A stretch of DNA of 64,000 bases from NCBI GenBank assembly GCA_030670545.1, contig DAOVBM010000003.1, positions 1,765-65,764 on the forward strand, read 5' to 3'. Made by a program: the position numbers and the translations under genes. Positions 1 through 9,520 of the stretch are shown piece by piece (positions within the stretch are counted from its first letter, which is position 1; each line of letters starts with the position of its first letter). The notes under the pieces are model-generated. The model ran no database searches and was not told the DNA's origin. It was given only the letters and a program-made list of their open reading frames with translations. The DNA comes from Candidatus Woesearchaeota archaeon (GTDB taxonomy: Archaea > Nanobdellota > Nanobdellia > Woesearchaeales > JAGLGH01).

Positions 1-3
1 CAT

Positions 4-411
4 CTACAATTCACCAGCGAACTTTTCCAGATCTTCTTCAAATTCAACATCTTCTTTTGAGATTTCTTTTATGTCTTTAGAGCCAATAACTGCAAAATAT
101 CTTATTGGTTTTCCCATCTGCTTCCCAAGCTTTATCTCTGCAAGCACTCCGTCAGCTATTGGGCCGAATACCCACAGCTCATCAGATATCCTGATTAGAT
201 TATTATTAGCTTTTCTGACCATACCCCTCTTGACTGTATCTGTTACAAAATAATCAAATATGCCGAACTGTGAGATAGGAGTATATCCTTGTTCAAGAAC
301 AAATTTTACACAATGCCGCCTGAAATAGAAAATATGCTTTGACATGGCTATGAATATTGTCTTTGTTTTTTCATCCAGCTGTAATGCCTTGTGTTCAAAT
401 TCATCTGTCAT
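4..411 (-). CDS. hypothetical protein, possibly nucleoside 2-deoxyribosyltransferase-like fold
   Basis: Complete 135-aa ORF (stop at 4-6). Motif DELWVFGPIADGVLAEI resembles the NDT/DUF4406 Rossmann-like family. Assignment from memory only. Confidence 0.4.
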   Translation of the reverse strand: MTDEFEHKALQLDEKTKTIFIAMSKHIFYFRRHCVKFVLEQGYTPISQFGIFDYFVTDTVKRGMVRKANNNLIRISDELWVFGPIADGVLAEIKLGKQMGKPIRYFAVIGSKDIKEISKEDVEFEEDLEKFAGEL

Positions 412-474
412 TTTCTTAATGGAATCGCCTTATGTTTAAATACTTTATCAAGATATATTTTATCAAGATTTAAC

Positions 475-1107
475 TCATATTTCAATCTCTTCTCCTTCTT
501 CCAATATTCTTACTTTAATATCTGGATGGACCTCAATAAGCTCCTTGAACAGCTCAGCATCATCAATTTTTCCAACAATCCCGCTTCCGTAATGCATGGG
601 TATAACAAGCTTTGGCTTTATCTTTTCTGCAGCGATTGCAGCTTCTTTTGCATTCATCGTGTAAGTGCCGCCGACAGGAAGCAGTGCGACAGTAGGCTTA
701 AGTCCTTCCATTTCTGGAATAATATCTGTGTCAGCAGCATGATATATTGACTTGCTGTCAAATCTGATTATAAAACCCAGACCTGGATTTTCTTTTTCAT
801 GAAATGGTTTTCTTAGGTTGTATGCAGGGATTGCTGTTATTGTTATGTCTCCGACTTTCTTGCTATCTCCTGGAGAAAAAGACTCCCCACCTATTGCAGC
901 AACATTATCTTTTGTTGTCAGTATGATAGTGTCATCAACCCGCGCCTGCGAAATCTTTTCCATGCTGCTGTGGTCATAATGCCCATGGGAAACAAGAATA
1001 ATCTCTGCTTTGTCAGAATAATCATCTCCTGCATAAGGATCAATGTATATGACTTTGTGACCCAATGTTATCTTGAAGCTTGCATGCCCGAGCCACTTGA
1101 GTTTCAT
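475..1107 (-). CDS. metal-dependent hydrolase, metallo-beta-lactamase fold (UPF0173-like)
   Basis: N-terminus MKLKWLGHASFKI...IDPY and the HGHYDH metal-binding motif are typical of this MBL family. Confidence 0.8.
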   Translation of the reverse strand: MKLKWLGHASFKITLGHKVIYIDPYAGDDYSDKAEIILVSHGHYDHSSMEKISQARVDDTIILTTKDNVAAIGGESFSPGDSKKVGDITITAIPAYNLRKPFHEKENPGLGFIIRFDSKSIYHAADTDIIPEMEGLKPTVALLPVGGTYTMNAKEAAIAAEKIKPKLVIPMHYGSGIVGKIDDAELFKELIEVHPDIKVRILEEGEEIEI

Positions 1108-1152
1108 TTTTAGATAAAGAATATAAGAAATATAAAAAAGAAAAAATTTAGT

Positions 1153-1359
1153 TTATCTTCTTTTCTTTTTCGCAGCTTTTTTCTTAACTGGCTTTCTTTT
1201 TGCAGCTTTCTTTTTCACAGCTTTTTTCTTAGCTGGCTTTCTTTTTGCTGTTTTCTTTTTCACTGCCTTTTTCTTAACCGGCTTCTTTTTTGCTACTTTC
1301 TTTTTCGCAACTTTTTTCTTAGCTGGTTTTCTTTTTGCTGCTTTTTTCTTAGCTGCCAT
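1153..1359 (-). CDS. lysine/alanine-rich basic protein, histone H1-like, with periodic PxKKKAVKKKxAKRK repeats
   Basis: 68-aa ORF is almost entirely K/A/P/V. The DNA shows tandem ~45-nt repeats. GGTGAT lies 5 nt upstream of the ATG and the ORF ends with a clean stop. Confidence 0.5.
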   Translation of the reverse strand: MAAKKKAAKRKPAKKKVAKKKVAKKKPVKKKAVKKKTAKRKPAKKKAVKKKAAKRKPVKKKAAKKKRR

Positions 1360-1543
1360 AATATCACCTCAACCAAATTTCTAAAAAAATTTGATTATAT
1401 ATTGACTCTAGGTTCATTAGTATTTAAACTTTTTGTTTTTTGTAAATATTTTTTTTGATAAAAAATATTTCATGTAATGACATTTACTCTTTTTATCTGA
1501 AGTTCAATCAGCATAAGGGAGGAAAATAAACGCAGCAAATTTG

Positions 1544-1716
1544 GTAAGTAAAAAGTCAGACGTCATGGAACACAAGCATCTTCAAATCTCTTTATGTATC
1601 TATAGAAGGCTCTGCGTCCCCGAAGGGGGGCCTCCCCCGCGACGAGCAGGAAGTCTGAATAAGAAAGAGTTTTGACCTGATGATGCTGGTGCTCCTTGAA
1701 TAGCAGACTTTTTACT
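1544..1716 (+). repeat. MITE-like structured repeat element, copy 1 (family RE-A)
   Basis: Outer TIR gtaagtaaaaagtcag / cagactttttac. Inner 18-bp imperfect stem ggaacacaagcatcttca / tgatgatgctggtgctcc. Conserved core tagaaggctctgcgtccccg...cgacgagcag. Flanked by aaatttg on both sides. Related copies at 27644, 30485, 31876, 36133 and 55972. Confidence 0.65.
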
Positions 1717-1764
1717 CCCAAAATTTGCATAATTATTTAAACATAAGGATAAAGTTTATTTGAT

Positions 1765-2523
1765 ATGGCACAATTAAAACAGATTGCGGATTTTCTTAAT
1801 AAGGAATTAAGAGTTGCAGAGGTAGAGGATAGCTCAAACAACGGTATTCAGGTTGAGGGGAAACAGCAGATCCATAAGATAGCATTTGCTGTCGATGCAT
1901 GCCTGGAAGTTTTTGAAAAAGCAATAGAACAAGGAGCAAACATGATAATAGTCCATCATGGAATCAGCTGGGGCGATTCTCTGAAATTCATCACTGATCT
2001 TAATTACAACAGGATAAAACCATTGATAAAGAATGATGTATCACTTTATGCATGCCATCTTCCGCTTGACAAGCATGATAAATATGGAAACAATATCCAG
2101 CTTGCAAAGATGCTTGATCTGGAAGAGATAGAGGATTTTGCAGAGTATCATGAAGTGACAATAGGAAAGATGGGGAAGTTTAAGCAGGAGATTGAAATTG
2201 AAGAACTTAAGAAGATTGTTGAGGAAAAGTTGAACACAAAATGCACAGTTCTTAAGTTTGGTAAAGACAAGATCAAGACAATTGGAATTGTAAGCGGCGG
2301 TGGAAGCGATGCATTAAGCGAAGCTATGCAAAAGCGAATTGACTGTCTTTTAGTTGGCGAAGCTCCTCATTCAAAGTATCACGAGACAAAAGAAGGAAAC
2401 ATCAATCTTATCCTTGCAGGCCATTATGAGACTGAAACAGTTGGTGTTAAAGCTCTGATGCCTGTGCTTGAGAAGAAGTTTGGTGTTAAGACTGTGTTTA
2501 TTGATGCGCCTACAACCATATAA
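1765..2523 (+). CDS. Nif3-family dinuclear metal center protein (GTP cyclohydrolase 1 type 2 / YqfO-like)
   Basis: Architecture typical of Nif3/DUF34: NGIQVEG, IIVHHGISWGD, GHYETE motifs; 252 aa. Confidence 0.75.
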   Translation: MAQLKQIADFLNKELRVAEVEDSSNNGIQVEGKQQIHKIAFAVDACLEVFEKAIEQGANMIIVHHGISWGDSLKFITDLNYNRIKPLIKNDVSLYACHLPLDKHDKYGNNIQLAKMLDLEEIEDFAEYHEVTIGKMGKFKQEIEIEELKKIVEEKLNTKCTVLKFGKDKIKTIGIVSGGGSDALSEAMQKRIDCLLVGEAPHSKYHETKEGNINLILAGHYETETVGVKALMPVLEKKFGVKTVFIDAPTTI

Positions 2524-2605
2524 CTTTTTCTATTTTCGTCACCATTCTTAGATAAGATAAATATTTAAATGAGGAAGAAAGCTGATATTTCAAAGGTAGC
2601 AAATA

Positions 2606-5600
2606 ATGAAAAATAATGGATTTTCCCGGCTTGAGATATGTATGGATACAGATAATCCTTTTCTTCTTGATGCCAGAGCTGAAGTATTAAGAAAAAGATC
2701 TGAGAATTATTTTGGTATTGAAATTGATGATGTTAAACATATCCGTGTCCTTACAGTTGACACTAAACTTGATGATATAGTGAAAAAAGAATTCCAGGAT
2801 GCGCTAACAAATCCTGTTACTCAAAAATCTTCTTATTCTCCTCTTATCGGCAAAGACGATATGGACTGGGTCTTGTCTGTAACATTAAGGCCTGGTGTTA
2901 AGGATACTACTAGTGACACTACAAAAGATATGCTTGCGCCATTGATTGGACACTCAGACTTCAATGTTTTTTCATCTTCTTATTTTGCAATAAAAGGCAG
3001 CAATCTTGAAAGAGAGCAGATTGAAAAGATTGGAAAAGAGATGGAAGCAAACCATATTGTCCAAAATTTTAAGGTATATTCAAATGAAGAATGGAATCCT
3101 GATGTAGGTATTGGAAGAAATACTCCTAAAGTAAGATTGAATCATGTACCGACATTTATAAGCATGCCATTATCTGAAATTACTTTTAAAGGAATCAAAA
3201 CATTAAGCGAAGACAGGCAACTTTATTTGAATGAAAAAGATATTCCAACAATAGCCAAGGCTTTCAATGATCAGGAATTCCTGGCAGAAAGGAAAAAATA
3301 TGGGTTAAAAGGCCCAACTGATGTAGAGCTTGAGTATCTTGCGCAGGCGCGGAGTGACCACTGCAATCACAATACATTTAATGCCAGATTTAATTATCTT
3401 GACAGGAAAACCAATGGAATGACTGTTATTGATAATCTCTTTGTTGAATTTATTAAGAATCCTACAGAACAGATATCCGCAGATATAGCTGATGTTGTAT
3501 CTGTATTATGGGATAATTCAGGGGTTAGGCGATTTAATAAGGATTATTATTATGTAATCACTTCTGAGACCCATAACAGCCCGTCGAATATGGAAGCGTA
3601 TGGTGGAGCTATAACAGGGATTGTTGGGGTCTATCGTGATCCACTTGGTACTGGAAAATCATCAAAGCTTATTGCAGGTTCATATGGTTTTTGCGTTGGT
3701 CCAAGAGATTATAAGGGCAATTTACAGCCGTTTCTTCATCCGCAGAGACTGCAGGATGGAGTAATTGAAGGTGTTAAGGATGGGGGCAACAAAAGCGGCA
3801 TACCTACAATATTTGGCTTTTATTATGAAGAGCCTGAGAACATTGCAAAAAGCAATATCTTTGTTACTGCAATCGGGCTTATGCCTGTTGATGTTCTGCA
3901 CAAACCTGCTTATGAGAAAGAGATTTCTTCAGGAGATCTTATTGTAATGTCAGGAGGCAGAGTAGGCAAGGATGGGATACATGGTGTTACAGCTGCATCA
4001 GAAGGGCTTGATGAGAACACGCCTGCAGGACATGTCCAGATTGGAGATCCATATACTCAAAAAAAGATGCATGATTTTATTAATGAAGCAAGAGACATGG
4101 GTTATTTAAAATTCATTACAGATAATGGAGGCGGGGGACTTTCATCCTCAATAGGCGAAGCTTCACGAGAGAAAAATAGCGAAGGAAAGACTGGCGCAGA
4201 AGTCTGGCTTGATAAAGTGCCATTGAAATATGATGGTCTTGACCAGTGGGAGATCTGGGTTTCTGAATCACAGGAAAGAATGACAACTGCTGTCAGGCTG
4301 CCATGTATAGATGACTTCCTAAAACTTTCAGAAAAGCATGGTGTTGAAAGTACAGTTATTGGTAAGTTCAATAATGATGAAGCATTACGCATCAAATATG
4401 GTTCTAAGACCTGCGCATATATCCCTACAAAACTTTTAGAAGAAGAGTTTCCGCAATGGGAATTTGATGCAGAATGGGTTGAACCTGAAGAAAGAGGGTT
4501 GTATGAACCAAAGGGTATATGTGAATTCATAAATAAAATCGCAGATCATGGAAAACTTTTCAAAAATCTTCTTAAAATGCCTAATATCGCTTCTAAAGAA
4601 TGGATAACAAGGCAGTATGACCACGAGGTTCAGGGAACAAGTGTTATCAAGCCTTTGGTTGGAATAGAGAATGATATACCATCTGACGCTGTTGTAATCA
4701 GGCCTGACCTGAATTCTGAAAAAGGATTTGTATTCACGCAGAATGTTAAGCAGAAATACTCAAAGATTGATACTTATCATATGGTTACTGCATCTTTTGA
4801 CGAGGCTGTAAGAAGTATCCTTGCAGTGGGCGCTGATTTAGGACATCTGTCAGGGATGGATAATTTTTGCTGGCCTTCAATTCAGCAAGGTTCTGAAAAC
4901 CCCGACGCAAAACATAAAGCAGCGCAGCTTGTCAGGGCTAACGTGGCATTAAAAGAGTTGTGCCTGTTATACAACAATCCTCTTCTTTCTGGAAAAGACA
5001 GCATGTATATTGACAATACTATGGATGATGTAGAGACTGGAAAGAAAGTCAGGATGTCTGGCCTTGAAACAATGCAATATTCCCTGGTCAGCACTATCGA
5101 TGATGTAAGTGATTGTCTTTCCTGCGATGCAAAAGAAGCAGGGAACCTGATTTATGTAATAGGCGCAACTAAAAATGAATTAGGCGGTTCTGAATATTAT
5201 GCAATGTTTGGAGAGATAGGATTAAATGTCCCAAAAACTGACAGTGAACATAACCTTGAATCATATCATGGATTCGTCGAAGCAAGACAATATGTTGATA
5301 CTGTTAAGGTGGTAAAAGAAGGCGGCCTTGCAGTGCATCTGTTTGAGATGGCTGCTGGAGGAAATCTTGGAGTCAATGTTTCTCTGCAGAATTTATTAAT
5401 AGATGATTCTGTTAATCGTGATGATACAGCTATGTATTCAGAATCAACAGGAAGGCTTATTGTAGAAGTAAGGGAAGAGAATAAGGTGATGTTTGAGTCT
5501 GAGATGGGGGATAGTGCATCCTGCATAGGCAAATTTACAGAAAACAGATTCATAATCAATGGCCTGGAAGGAAATGAGATAATGAACGAAAATATTTATG

Positions 5601-5641
5601 ATCTTAAGAAAGTATGGAAAAGCACGCATGGTGATAGATGA
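2606..5641 (+). CDS. purL: phosphoribosylformylglycinamidine synthase, PurS-like N-terminal region fused to PurL (FGAM synthase II)
   Basis: 1011 aa, about 250 aa longer than a stand-alone archaeal PurL. N-terminal ~200 aa contain PurS-like segments (LRPGVKD...HIVQNFKV). The remainder is tandem PurM-like halves typical of PurL. The stop overlaps the purQ start (ATGATGG at 5638). Confidence 0.85.
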   Translation: MKNNGFSRLEICMDTDNPFLLDARAEVLRKRSENYFGIEIDDVKHIRVLTVDTKLDDIVKKEFQDALTNPVTQKSSYSPLIGKDDMDWVLSVTLRPGVKDTTSDTTKDMLAPLIGHSDFNVFSSSYFAIKGSNLEREQIEKIGKEMEANHIVQNFKVYSNEEWNPDVGIGRNTPKVRLNHVPTFISMPLSEITFKGIKTLSEDRQLYLNEKDIPTIAKAFNDQEFLAERKKYGLKGPTDVELEYLAQARSDHCNHNTFNARFNYLDRKTNGMTVIDNLFVEFIKNPTEQISADIADVVSVLWDNSGVRRFNKDYYYVITSETHNSPSNMEAYGGAITGIVGVYRDPLGTGKSSKLIAGSYGFCVGPRDYKGNLQPFLHPQRLQDGVIEGVKDGGNKSGIPTIFGFYYEEPENIAKSNIFVTAIGLMPVDVLHKPAYEKEISSGDLIVMSGGRVGKDGIHGVTAASEGLDENTPAGHVQIGDPYTQKKMHDFINEARDMGYLKFITDNGGGGLSSSIGEASREKNSEGKTGAEVWLDKVPLKYDGLDQWEIWVSESQERMTTAVRLPCIDDFLKLSEKHGVESTVIGKFNNDEALRIKYGSKTCAYIPTKLLEEEFPQWEFDAEWVEPEERGLYEPKGICEFINKIADHGKLFKNLLKMPNIASKEWITRQYDHEVQGTSVIKPLVGIENDIPSDAVVIRPDLNSEKGFVFTQNVKQKYSKIDTYHMVTASFDEAVRSILAVGADLGHLSGMDNFCWPSIQQGSENPDAKHKAAQLVRANVALKELCLLYNNPLLSGKDSMYIDNTMDDVETGKKVRMSGLETMQYSLVSTIDDVSDCLSCDAKEAGNLIYVIGATKNELGGSEYYAMFGEIGLNVPKTDSEHNLESYHGFVEARQYVDTVKVVKEGGLAVHLFEMAAGGNLGVNVSLQNLLIDDSVNRDDTAMYSESTGRLIVEVREENKVMFESEMGDSASCIGKFTENRFIINGLEGNEIMNENIYDLKKVWKSTHGDR

Positions 5642-6483
5642 TGGGAAAAAAGACAAAGGAAGTCAGAGCGCTTGTACCATACGGTGAAGGCCTGAACTGC
5701 GATCATGAGACAAAATATATATTTGAACTGGCTGGCGCAAGAGCTGACCTGGTGCATGTCAAGGACATAGAGTCAAAGAATGTTAAGATCAATGATTATC
5801 ATATTCTATGTTTCATAGGCGGTTTCCATGCAGGAGATGAGAATGGAGGAGCTGTCAAATGGGCATATGACACAAGAAGATTTATCTATGATGAAATTTT
5901 GGAATTTGTGTATCAGAATAAAAATATGGTGATGGGAATCTGCAATGGTTTTCAAAATTTAGCTAACCTTGGCCTTTTGCCAGGGTTTGATGACCAGGGC
6001 GGCAGGAGAGTTCTTAGTGTATCATATAATGACTGCGGAAACTTCAGGGATCAGTGGGTAAAACTTAAAGTGAATCAGGATTCACCTTGTATTTATACAA
6101 AAGGAATTGATACAATTGAGTTTCCAATAAGGCATGGAGAAGGCAAAGTCATTCCAGGAGAGAATGTTTTAGAAAAACTTGTCGATGGGAACCAGATAGT
6201 GATGCAGTATTGCATAAAACAGACAGGGGAATTAGCAAACAAGTATTTTCCTGACAATCCTAATGGTTCTGTATATGATATTGCAGGGATATGCGATCCA
6301 ACTGGAAGAATATTTGGATTGATGCCTCATCCAGAAGCATTTAATCACTGGACAAATCATGACCAATGGACCAGAAAAAAATATCATCTAAGCAAAAATA
6401 AGGAGATACTAGAATCTAAACTTGGCGATGGAGTTAAGATATTTCAGAATGCAGTGCAATATGCAAAAGAGCATCTGCTTTGA
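5638..6483 (+). CDS. purQ: phosphoribosylformylglycinamidine synthase glutamine amidotransferase subunit PurQ
   Basis: Class I GATase with catalytic GICNGFQ motif and HPE near the C-terminus. Translationally coupled to purL. Confidence 0.85.
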   Translation: MMGKKTKEVRALVPYGEGLNCDHETKYIFELAGARADLVHVKDIESKNVKINDYHILCFIGGFHAGDENGGAVKWAYDTRRFIYDEILEFVYQNKNMVMGICNGFQNLANLGLLPGFDDQGGRRVLSVSYNDCGNFRDQWVKLKVNQDSPCIYTKGIDTIEFPIRHGEGKVIPGENVLEKLVDGNQIVMQYCIKQTGELANKYFPDNPNGSVYDIAGICDPTGRIFGLMPHPEAFNHWTNHDQWTRKKYHLSKNKEILESKLGDGVKIFQNAVQYAKEHLL

Positions 6484-6565
6484 GTTTAAAAAAGATTTAT
6501 CGAAAATTTCGCAATAAATTTTATTGGGGTTTAATACCCCTCACTTCAGTGCGAAATTTTTGTTA
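6484..6565. repeat. about 80-bp intergenic repeat RE-C copy 1 (palindrome cgaaaatttcg, hairpin ggggtttaatacccc, cacttcagtg)
   Basis: Near-identical copy at 9440-9520 (agatttatcgaaaatttcgca..attttattggggtttaatacccctcacttcagtgcgaaattt). Both lie immediately 3' of plus-strand genes (purQ, gatD). Confidence 0.7.
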
Positions 6566-6589
6566 TAATAAATAATTCATATTACTAAA

Positions 6590-8074
6590 ATGCAAAAAAT
6601 AGATTATATCAAAGATGTCATTAAAAGAGGAGATAAAGGGTCAACCAGACTGAATTCTATCTGCGCTCAAACACTTAACAACAGAAACGAGATTGAGATA
6701 ATATCACAAGGTATAGGAGGACTGGCTGTTCTTAGGATTCCTGAGGATTATGTTGTAGCAGTTCATTCTGCAGGAGGAGACCCCAAAGAGATGGACTTAA
6801 GGAGACATACTTTATCACTTATTGACAAGCTTGCTTATGATTCTGAAAATATAGGCGCAGAGCCTGTAGCTTTTGCAGATGTTGTAGACTCAAATACTGG
6901 ACACTCTGATATGATTGATACAGTAGGTTATGCATTAAAAGAAGGCGCAGATAAGCATAAGGTTGGCATCCCAACAGGGGAGAATGCAATCCTTGGAAAC
7001 CGTGTCAATTGCGAAGCAAATGTAATCGGAACAATGATAGCTCTTCTTCCCAGGTCTAAAGCAGAGGAATTATCTTCAGATGGATCATTATTCTTTAGCT
7101 TTAAAAAAAATGGTGTCAGCTATGCAGTTTTTGATCCTGAAGGAAAACCGGTTATGATTAATTCAGACGGTGTCGGGACAAAAACAGAATTTTATGAAAG
7201 GTCAATGAATTATAAGCTCGCTGTTGATGACGAAGCAGCTATGAAATTTGATGATGCAGTAAAGCTGGGAGCCAGAGTAAGAGTAAGTTCAACTATTGTT
7301 GAAACAAAAGGAAATATTCCTATTGATGAAATAATTGCGCATGCTGAATCTCTTGGGAGAAAGAATAATCTGATAGCAATAATTGATGAGGATAAAGTAG
7401 GCAACAGGATAATGGGTTATAATCCTTGCGCAGATTCTTATAATCTGGGCGGTTCTGTTGTAAGCACAATTGATGAAAGGAGATTGCAGAATCCATTAAA
7501 GCCAACTGCACTGGATTATCTTGTTGCTATAACAGCACCAATACCTAATCCAAGGTCAAATGGGATAACAGATAAGAGAAAAGTAATGGTTGACATTTTT
7601 GGTAAAAACTGGCATCAGACAGAGATTGGAAAGATATTTCTGCAATATCTGGCTCAACCATCAACAATTCTTTATCCTGTTTTTAATGATTTGATAGACA
7701 AAGGCCTAGCAACAAGCGTATACCACATGAGTGGAGGAGCATTCAAAGGAAAACTTGCAAAACCTCTTTCCAAGCATAACTTCTTTGTTAATATCAATGA
7801 CCTTTTCAGGCCTGACTGGAGAGAATCAGCACTTATAGGACACTCTTTAATGCCTGCTGAAGTTGCGTATGCATCATTTCCAATGGGCAATGATGGATTT
7901 ATAACAACATCTGAGCCAAAACAAGCAACTGAGCTTATAAAACAGAAATATGGTCTGCTGGCAAGAGTTGTCGGTCCGTTGGAGCATAGTCATAGGGGCT
8001 GGTCAGGTGTAAGGCTGATTGGAATCCAGGGTTCTAATGGCGAAGATGTGTATTTCTCTGGAAAAGATAAATAA
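6590..8074 (+). CDS. PurM-superfamily (AIR synthase-related) protein
   Basis: 494 aa with N- and C-terminal PurM-like domain signatures (GGDPKE..., DVVDSNTG, GIPTGENA...). The exact family (PurM, HypE or ThiL-like) is unresolved. Follows purLQ. Confidence 0.5.
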   Translation: MQKIDYIKDVIKRGDKGSTRLNSICAQTLNNRNEIEIISQGIGGLAVLRIPEDYVVAVHSAGGDPKEMDLRRHTLSLIDKLAYDSENIGAEPVAFADVVDSNTGHSDMIDTVGYALKEGADKHKVGIPTGENAILGNRVNCEANVIGTMIALLPRSKAEELSSDGSLFFSFKKNGVSYAVFDPEGKPVMINSDGVGTKTEFYERSMNYKLAVDDEAAMKFDDAVKLGARVRVSSTIVETKGNIPIDEIIAHAESLGRKNNLIAIIDEDKVGNRIMGYNPCADSYNLGGSVVSTIDERRLQNPLKPTALDYLVAITAPIPNPRSNGITDKRKVMVDIFGKNWHQTEIGKIFLQYLAQPSTILYPVFNDLIDKGLATSVYHMSGGAFKGKLAKPLSKHNFFVNINDLFRPDWRESALIGHSLMPAEVAYASFPMGNDGFITTSEPKQATELIKQKYGLLARVVGPLEHSHRGWSGVRLIGIQGSNGEDVYFSGKDK

Positions 8075-8130
8075 TTCTTTTGTTAAAATCCAAAATCTTT
8101 ATATAAACAAGACTTTTTTATCTGTATACA

Positions 8131-9432
8131 ATGGCAAAACCTGAGAAAGGAGATTATATTAAGATAATAACAAAAGATGAGGAATTTCAGGGCATACTTA
8201 TGCCTAGGCCTGACATTCTGGAAAAAGGCATTACAGTTCTCAAGCTGGATAATGGCTATAATCTAGGAATTAATAATACTAAGATTAAAAAAGTGGAGCC
8301 TATTGAAAAATATAAGCAAAAAAATATAAAGAAGCGTGAGATGAAGTTTAATAAGAATTTACCAACTGTTTCTATTATTTCATGCGGCGGAACAATCTCT
8401 TCAAAAATTGATTACAGGACAGGCGGGGTATATGCTGATTATACTGCTGAGGATTTTGTTGAGATGTGCCCAGAACTTGAAAAAATCGCAAATATAAAAG
8501 CAAAGAAAGTAATGAGCTTGATGAGTGAGGATATGAATCCTAAAGACTGGCAGAAAATTGCAGAAGCAATATATAAGGAGATTAAAGACTGCGACGGAGT
8601 TGTTATAACACAAGGAACTGATACACTCCATTTTACAACAGCAGCAATATCATTTTTCTTAAAAGACTTAAACAAGCCTATTATATTTACAGCATCGCAG
8701 AGGTCTATTGACAGAGGAAGCTCTGATGCATTTATGAACTTAATATGCTCAGTTACAGCAGCTGCAAAACTAGATTTTGCAGGAGTTGCAACATGCCTTC
8801 ATGGAACAATAAATGATGATTACTGTATCTTGAACAGGGGAACAAAAATAAGGAAGATGCATACTTCGAGGAGAGATGCATTCAGGCCTGTAAATGAACT
8901 GCCTCTTGCTAAAGTTTATCTAGATGGAAAAATAGAAGTCATAAATGACAAATTCATAAAAAAATCAAAATCAAAAGAGCTTAAGCCTAAACTTGACAAC
9001 AAATTTGAGCATAAGATTGCTATGATTACGATATATCCAGGTATGGACCCCCGGATAATTGATTTTTATTTGGAGAAAGGATATAAAGGGTTAGTGCTGA
9101 GCGCTACTGCTCTTGGTCATGTTCCTACATTAGTTAAGGGATATTCTCTTGAGCCTTACCTGAAAAAAGCAAAAGACCAGGGGACAGCTGTGGTCATTGC
9201 ATCCCAGACATTATACGGAAGGACACATCCATATGTATATTCTAATCTCAGAAACCTTTCTATAAAACTAAATTGTATATATTTACAAGACATGCTGCCT
9301 GAGACAGCTTATGCAAAGCTTGGCTGGGTACTTGGGCATACTTCTGATATAGAAGAAGTTAGGAAGATTATGCTTGAGAATGTTGCTGGCGAGATCAATG
9401 ACAGGCATAAGCCTGAAAGCTTCTTGTATTGA
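8131..9432 (+). CDS. gatD: glutamyl-tRNA(Gln) amidotransferase subunit D (asparaginase-like)
   Basis: Archaea-specific N-terminal domain GDYIKI...GILMP followed by an asparaginase fold (ISCGGTISS, TQGTDTL); 433 aa. Confidence 0.8.
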   Translation: MAKPEKGDYIKIITKDEEFQGILMPRPDILEKGITVLKLDNGYNLGINNTKIKKVEPIEKYKQKNIKKREMKFNKNLPTVSIISCGGTISSKIDYRTGGVYADYTAEDFVEMCPELEKIANIKAKKVMSLMSEDMNPKDWQKIAEAIYKEIKDCDGVVITQGTDTLHFTTAAISFFLKDLNKPIIFTASQRSIDRGSSDAFMNLICSVTAAAKLDFAGVATCLHGTINDDYCILNRGTKIRKMHTSRRDAFRPVNELPLAKVYLDGKIEVINDKFIKKSKSKELKPKLDNKFEHKIAMITIYPGMDPRIIDFYLEKGYKGLVLSATALGHVPTLVKGYSLEPYLKKAKDQGTAVVIASQTLYGRTHPYVYSNLRNLSIKLNCIYLQDMLPETAYAKLGWVLGHTSDIEEVRKIMLENVAGEINDRHKPESFLY

Positions 9433-9439
9433 TTTTGAT

Positions 9440-9520
9440 GCAAGATTTATCGAAAATTTCGCACGAAATTTTATTGGGGTTTAATACCCCTCACTTCAGT
9501 GCGAAATTTTGGATTCCAAA
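9440..9520. repeat. about 80-bp intergenic repeat RE-C copy 2
   Basis: About 95% identical to 6484-6565. Confidence 0.7.

Noticed and set aside
1544-1716. RE-A elements as canonical C/D-box sRNAs (they contain TGATGA and CTGA words)
   Set aside because: Box spacing and the 165-plus-bp length with long terminal inverted repeats and target-site duplications fit a MITE better than a 50-60-nt C/D sRNA. This cannot be excluded without covariance modelling.
4102-4624. Antisense ORFs inside purL (142 and 62 aa)
   Set aside because: They lie wholly within a well-supported long ORF on the opposite strand and are shadow ORFs. The same reasoning applies to 5266-5656, 7210-7890, 8401-8675, 18467-19487, 21007-21342, 23265-24105, 24681-25050, 26334-26870, 32101-33995, 38434-39370, 39680-40032, 54096-55895 and 56661-57983.
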